A DNA stretch of 11,879 bases from Chthonomonadales bacterium (GTDB lineage: Bacteria; Armatimonadota; Chthonomonadetes; Chthonomonadales; Chthonomonadaceae), in contig JBBQPO010000191.1 in the NCBI GenBank assembly GCA_038217285.1, forward strand, positions 1-11,879. Reading direction: 5' to 3'. Within the stretch, counting starts at the first letter, position 1, and every line of letters starts with the position of its first letter. Below the pieces are notes generated by a model, which was not told the origin of the DNA, did not search any database, and saw nothing but the letters and a program-made list of their open reading frames with translations. The position numbers were made by a program, and so were the translations under genes. Below are positions 7,314 through 11,879 of the stretch, piece by piece.

Positions 7314-8378
7314 TTAAGCCTTCAGGGAGGCCATGTCGATGACGAATCGGTACCGCACCTGGCTGTTGAGCACACGCTCATACGCCGCATTGATGTCTTG
7401 CATGCGGATCATTTCCACATCGCAGGTGATGCCGTTTGCGGCGCAGAAGTCCAGCATCTCCTGCGTCTCGGCAATGCCGCCGATGAGCGAACCCGCGATC
7501 AACTTGCGACCCAGGATGACCGCCGCACCGCTGACGGGCGGATCCAGCGGCGTCAACTGTCCGACAATCACCAATGTTCCGTCCCGTTTGAGCGTCGCCA
7601 TGTATGGGTTCAGATCGTGGGGATTGGGCACGGTGTCCAGGATGAAGTCGAAATGACGCGCGACCTCTTTCATCTGCGCCGGGTCGGTGGAGAGAATCAC
7701 ACGATCCGCGCCCAGGCGTAGTGCCTCCGCCTCCTTATCCACGGTGCGCGTGAACAGCGAAACCTCGGCCCCCATCGCTTTGGCGAACTTCAGCCCCATA
7801 TGACCCAGACCGCCCAGACCGATCACGGCGACCTTGCTGCCATGGCCGATTTTCCAGTGGCGCAGCGGGGAGTAGGTCGTGATGCCTGCGCAGAGCAGTG
7901 GGGCGGCGGATTTAGGGTCGAGCCCTTCCGGCAGGCGCACCACGAACTTGTCGGACACAACGATGCGTTCCGAGTAGCCGCCGAAAGTCGGCATTTTGTC
8001 GTGTCGATCCCGGTCGTTGTAGGTCAGGGTTGCGTTCTCTTCGCAGTACTGTTCCAGCCCGGCCAGGCACGCCTCGCAGTGCAGGCAGGAGTCCACCATA
8101 CACCCCACGCCCACCATGTCGCCCTCTTTGAACTGCGTCACGTCGCCGCCGACGCCGGCCACCCGCCCAATGATCTCGTGGCCCGGCACCATCGGGTAGA
8201 GGCTGTTGCCCCAGTCGTTGCGGGCCTGGTGGATGTCGGAGTGGCAGACGCCGCAGTAAAGAATCTCGATCACGACATCGCGCGCGCGCGGGGCGCGGCG
8301 CGAAAAGCGGTACGGCGCGACCGGCGAAGTCGCCGACTGTACGGCATATCCGGCAGTCTCCGATGTGAAAGTCTCCAA
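7314..8378 (-). CDS. NAD(P)-dependent Zn alcohol dehydrogenase/aldehyde reductase (cinnamyl-ADH, YahK/AdhC-like)
   Basis: YCGVCHSD, PGHEIIG, structural Zn motif CLHCEAC..EQYC, APLLCAGITTYSPL, GLGGLGHMG and VRYRFVID. The start is probably TTG 8378, with GAGGAG 9 nt upstream, giving 354 aa. The track's extension to 8654 is unlikely. Confidence 0.95.
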   Translation of the reverse strand: METFTSETAGYAVQSATSPVAPYRFSRRAPRARDVVIEILYCGVCHSDIHQARNDWGNSLYPMVPGHEIIGRVAGVGGDVTQFKEGDMVGVGCMVDSCLHCEACLAGLEQYCEENATLTYNDRDRHDKMPTFGGYSERIVVSDKFVVRLPEGLDPKSAAPLLCAGITTYSPLRHWKIGHGSKVAVIGLGGLGHMGLKFAKAMGAEVSLFTRTVDKEAEALRLGADRVILSTDPAQMKEVARHFDFILDTVPNPHDLNPYMATLKRDGTLVIVGQLTPLDPPVSGAAVILGRKLIAGSLIGGIAETQEMLDFCAANGITCDVEMIRMQDINAAYERVLNSQVRYRFVIDMASLKA

Positions 8379-8495
8379 GGTAATAGTCTCCTCATAAGTT
8401 TGGGGGTGGCACCTAATGGCGGACAAGAGCCTGTGGACTCCCTCCGATAGTGTACGCACACTGGCGAAAAGCCGATAGCCGATCCTGCAAATAAT

Positions 8496-8538
8496 CGACC
8501 CCGCTGGCTGCTCAAATGAGGTGCAGGCTGTGGGGTCG
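8496..8538. repeat. Palindrome/hairpin in divergent intergenic region
   Basis: CGACCCCGC ... GTGGGGTCG outer stem with an inner CTGC/GCAG stem. It resembles the 7176-7217 palindrome. Confidence 0.6.
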
Positions 8539-8549
8539 GACGTGGTCGT

Positions 8550-8578
8550 GGAACATGGGGAGGCTGGCGCACGTCTGA
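8550..8578 (+). promoter_or_regulatory. ECF/sigmaE-type promoter candidate
   Basis: GGAACAT (8550-8556), a 16-bp spacer, then GTCTGA (8573-8578). This matches the GGAACTT-N16-GTCnnA type consensus and lies 75 bp upstream of ATG 8654. Confidence 0.55.
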
Positions 8579-8653
8579 TGACTGATCGTGAATCGATCAT
8601 TGCCATGACTGCCCCAGGCAGTCGATGTCGGAACGCGAAAGAGGCGAACACCA

Positions 8654-9874
8654 ATGAACTATGGAAAATATATGTCCTTCGTGACAGGCAGTGCAGTGGC
8701 GACGACGCTGCTGTTCTCTCAGATAGCGCCCGCTGTGGCGCAGGGCAACCGCACCATCACCCTGGAATCGGGGACAGTGATCCCCGTCAAGCTCCGCGAT
8801 ACGCTCAGCTCTAGGGACTCTCGCAAGGGCGACCTGTTCCGGGCAACCTTGCAGTCCACAGAGGCCGCGCGGTCGCTTAATCTTCCTCTGGGAACAGAGA
8901 TCGAAGGGACTGTCGCTTCGGTGCGGGCGATGCAGGGCAAGGATCCTGGCGTGATCTCCCTCAATTTTGACCGGGTGATTTTACCAAACGAGTCGTCGTA
9001 CCCGATCCAGGGTTCGCTGATCGGCCTCGATGACAAGAGCGTCACCCGGGCCAGCAACGGGCGGCTTGTCGCGAAGGCGGACCAGAAGAAGAAAACGCTT
9101 CTGTACGCCGGTTACGGGGCAGGCGCGGGTTTGCTTCTCGGTGCGATCACGAAAGGCAACACGATCCTGGATACCCTGATCGGAGGAGGCCTTGGCTATC
9201 TCCTGGGAAGCCAGGACAAGAGCCGCGGTGAACCGAAGGATGTCACACTGAAGCCGAATACCGAAATGGGCGTACGACTCGACCGCACCGTCAGGGTCAC
9301 GATGTACGACGACGGTACGGGCACCAGCGGCTCAGACACAGGATCCTATCGTCGGACTCAGACTGATCGGACCGGCAATCCCATCACGTCCGATGCGAAC
9401 CGAGATCCGTATGACGACCAGACGTCCGGTGATCAGGCTGTGACGGAGTTCGACTCGTATCAGGTGCTGAAGCAGTTCACCGACGTCCGCGATAACGGGC
9501 AGCCTGTCCGTGTCGTGGTAGACGGTCGCCAACTGTCGTTCCTGCCGGCCGCTCGCCCGTTCATCGCGAACGGGATAGTCATGGTACCGGCCGTTCCTGT
9601 GCTGAAGGCAGCGCACGTTCGCTATTCGTATACGTCGAGCCAGTTCACGGCTGACGGACCCGGCGAGCCACTGACCGTTAAATTCGGCAGCCGGATCGCG
9701 ACGGGAAGCGGTACGCACCGGTTCGTCCTGCCGGCCACGGCGCAACGCCGCAACGGCGCGGTCTACGTGCCGATGCAGTTCCTGGCGATCGTGACCGGGC
9801 AGAAGCTGAACTTCGACCGGGACAGCCAGACCATGGAACTTGGCAGCACCCGCGTGACCTCGTTGCAGCATTAA
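8654..9874 (+). CDS. Secreted multidomain protein: TrbI/VirB10-like beta domain with glycine zipper, acidic linker, C-terminal stalk (copper amine oxidase N-terminal-like) domain
   Basis: Signal peptide ending APAVA|Q; TLESGTVIPVKLRDTLSS..GDLFRATL; GYGAGAGLLLGA..LIGGGLGYLLG; DVTLKPNTEMGVRL; C-terminal PFIANGIVMVP and NGAVYVPMQFL..LNFD. GAGG RBS at 8641-8644. The gene is confident; the domain names are moderate confidence. Confidence 0.8.
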   Translation: MNYGKYMSFVTGSAVATTLLFSQIAPAVAQGNRTITLESGTVIPVKLRDTLSSRDSRKGDLFRATLQSTEAARSLNLPLGTEIEGTVASVRAMQGKDPGVISLNFDRVILPNESSYPIQGSLIGLDDKSVTRASNGRLVAKADQKKKTLLYAGYGAGAGLLLGAITKGNTILDTLIGGGLGYLLGSQDKSRGEPKDVTLKPNTEMGVRLDRTVRVTMYDDGTGTSGSDTGSYRRTQTDRTGNPITSDANRDPYDDQTSGDQAVTEFDSYQVLKQFTDVRDNGQPVRVVVDGRQLSFLPAARPFIANGIVMVPAVPVLKAAHVRYSYTSSQFTADGPGEPLTVKFGSRIATGSGTHRFVLPATAQRRNGAVYVPMQFLAIVTGQKLNFDRDSQTMELGSTRVTSLQH

Positions 9875-9916
9875 TCCCGATCCGTCAGACGGCTTGCAGC
9901 GCAATAGAAAGAGTGA

Positions 9917-9954
9917 GAAAGTGTCTCAGAAACAGAGGTTTCCGGGACACTTTC
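9917..9954. terminator. Long hairpin downstream of the 8654-9874 gene, probable terminator
   Basis: GAAAGTGTCTCAGAAAC-AGAG-GTTTCCGGGACACTTTC: a 17-bp stem with one G-U pair and one mismatch. Confidence 0.6.
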
Positions 9955-10007
9955 CATGATACTGGGTGACACGCGCCCACTCTATTTCGATAATAGAGAC
10001 AATTACA

Positions 10008-11562
10008 GTTACTGCACAGGGGCTTCAAGACAAGGATAGATGGGGTTGCCCATGAACACCGACCGTAGAGCGCTCAAAACGTCGCTCCCCTGCTTGTGTA
10101 GGGTCGATATGTAACCGCGTATCCGGCAGAAATGATCTGCCCCATCCGTGCTGCGGAAACAACCTGATACTTTTTGTTGTACCTTGATCATCCGAAGATC
10201 CCGCTCCGCCTGATTGTTGTCGAAAGGAACCGCGAAATCAAGGGCGAAACCAAGCACCGCGTCCTCACGCCGCTCAAGACGCAACAAGAGGCTGCGACAC
10301 ACGCCATTAGCCGGACGGCCCCGCTGACCGGTACGCGTAGGGGCAGAGTTCTGCGCAAGGCCCCGCGCTACGATCCGACGATAGAGCGTCTGGTAACGCA
10401 AAAGCAGCACCGGGTCCAGGGCCGTCTTCCCTTGCGATTGGGCAAACTCCTTGGCGCGCTTGAGACTGCGCAGAAGCGCACTCATGCGTTGGGGCCAGGT
10501 CTGAGTGATCGCCTCGAAGAGACCGAGTAATTCACGCAGAAGGTGGGCATTGCAGAGGCTGTGGGTACAGCCGTAGGTCGGATCGTGGTTAAGAAGCCAG
10601 GCTGTCATGCACACTCGTCCCGCCAAAATGCGGTAATATTCCGATCGCGGTAAACGCTTCCCGCCCCCGCTTGACATGGTGAGCATAGAAGGTCAACGTG
10701 GACGTTGCGGCCACATGGATCCCGTGCAACTGCTTGTTCACTTGCACCCCCGTCTCGTCCGAGTGCAGCACTGGCACATGCAGCAGAGCCGCCTTCAGAG
10801 CGGTTTCGACGGGTTCCAGACGCCGCGAACATGCGGCAATCGCCGCCGTAAAGGCGCCCTGGCTCGGCGACTGTCCCAACAGATCCACGAGCAGTTCCTG
10901 GATGCGGGCCAAGGGCAGCAACTGGTACTGGCTGAGATAGACGCACAGCCCCAGCATCTGGGGTCCATACTGGGTGGGTTGGGCAACTTCCTCGGGGAAT
11001 GCTCCCACATTGAGTAGGTTGCAGTTCGGACAGACACAAGAGAGGGCTTGGTGCTCAGTCACCGCAAGTTGGAGAGGTGGCAGTTCAAAGACCTGTCGGC
11101 GATCTTTGCAGAGGACGCGAGCGTCTTGGAGCGAGCCGCCACATCCTGCGCAGGTGGTGGGAGCATGCACGAGAGTGTGGTCGGGATTGTCCACCAACTC
11201 CAGGGTGTGCCCCGGGTGACCGGGTTGTCCTCCTGTGTGCTTGTCTGTTTTCTTTCGCAGATTGCAGGGTTTGGGCTTTTTGTAGCCATCGCTTGAGGGA
11301 GGCTTGCTGCTGTTGTGGCTGTCCTTGGACAAGCGGGCTTCGAGTTCCTCAACACGTGCCAACAAGTGGGCGTTCTGCTCCTCCAGGGCGCTAATGCGCT
11401 TCTGTTGGAGGGCAATAGTCGCCCACAAGGTCTGGAAAAGTGCGTAGACGGCATCCGGACCTTGATCGTAGAGAACCTGAAATTCGTCGCGTGTCAACAT
11501 AATCCTTCAGTACGAGGGCAAGCCTAAATCGTTGCCCGAGACGGAAACCCCTGGGTAGTAAC
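10008..11562 (-). mobile_element. IS66-family insertion sequence, single-ORF (ISBst12-group-like), 1555 bp
   Basis: Terminal inverted repeats GTTACTGCACAGGGGCTTC (10008-10026) and the reverse complement of 11544-11562, GTTACTACCCAGGGGTTTC, match 16/19. They enclose one IS66 transposase with no tnpA/tnpB, and its stop lies inside the TIR. Confidence 0.92.
10009..11500 (-). pseudogene. tnpC: IS66-family DDE transposase, frameshifted
   Basis: Coiled coil, SHNSSKPPSSD, GGQPGHPG, CAGC/CPNC Zn ribbon, HSDETG, VHD, CNAHLLREL and FDNNQAERDLR..KVSGCFRS. It is split over two frames by one extra base at 10589-10590. Removing that base gives 496 aa. Confidence 0.92.
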
Positions 11563-11572
11563 TAACAAAACC

Positions 11573-11878
11573 TTAATGATTTGCTGCGGCCAGGCGGGCT
11601 CCGATCGTTGGGGCGGGATAGAGCGATTTTGCGCCCTTGATTGCGTGCCAGAGCATGCGGTTCAGGACGTTGGGATCGCAGCGGTCGTAGCCGGAAAAGT
11701 CCAGGCCCAGCGAGATGGTGGCGACCTGGCCCTTCTTTGGGTTGGTGGCGGCGAGGTCGGTGCGCGGGGGGATGACCGTATAGGGCTTGTGTGATGGCCG
11801 GTCGGTGAAGGAGCGGAACAGGGGCGTCGATCCGGCGTCGTACTGCGTCATCGGCGGCAGGCCCAGCGCCAACTCCAT
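11573..11878 (-). CDS. 3' end of phosphoesterase / bifunctional YncE-alkaline phosphatase-family protein (partial)
   Basis: MELALGLPPMTQYDA..PLF..F..P, LDFS..D and LNRMLWHAIKG...YPAP match the C-terminus typical of this family. High GC3; it runs off the window end. Confidence 0.8.
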   Translation of the reverse strand: MELALGLPPMTQYDAGSTPLFRSFTDRPSHKPYTVIPPRTDLAATNPKKGQVATISLGLDFSGYDRCDPNVLNRMLWHAIKGAKSLYPAPTIGARLAAANH

Positions 11879-11879
11879 C

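Noticed and set aside
8279..8290. (CG)n alternating run
   Set aside because: It lies within ADH coding sequence (PRARD) and is expected by chance at this GC content.
8379..8654. 92-aa N-terminal extension of the ADH ORF
   Set aside because: Family similarity begins near TTG 8378, which has GAGGAG. The extension would cover the whole divergent promoter region.
1..11879. CRISPR array, tRNA, rRNA, integron attC array
   Set aside because: No regularly spaced repeats, cloverleaf or rRNA-like segment was seen, and there is no cas or integrase gene.

Overview
GC-rich bacterial chromosomal window; the prepilin/DUF1559/H-X9-DG gene style suggests Armatimonadota (inference only). In order it holds: the 3' end of an unidentified + strand gene; an FAD-dependent oxidoreductase (-) preceded by an in-frame stretch that repeats its own C-terminal motif; an orphan secreted protein (+); a DUF1016/YhcG pseudogene (+); a GH51 alpha-L-arabinofuranosidase-like gene (-); a 489-bp, highly structured intergenic region; a prepilin-type DUF1559/H-X9-DG gene (+); a Zn-dependent alcohol dehydrogenase (-) flanked by two related palindromes; a multidomain secreted protein (+) behind an ECF/sigmaE-like promoter; a 1555-bp single-ORF IS66-family element with a frameshifted transposase and no target-site duplication; and the 3' end of a phosphoesterase-like gene (-). 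No CRISPR, tRNA or rRNA was seen. The best candidate for something undescribed is the structured RNA leader upstream of the prepilin gene. All family calls come from motif recognition by eye, not database searches.
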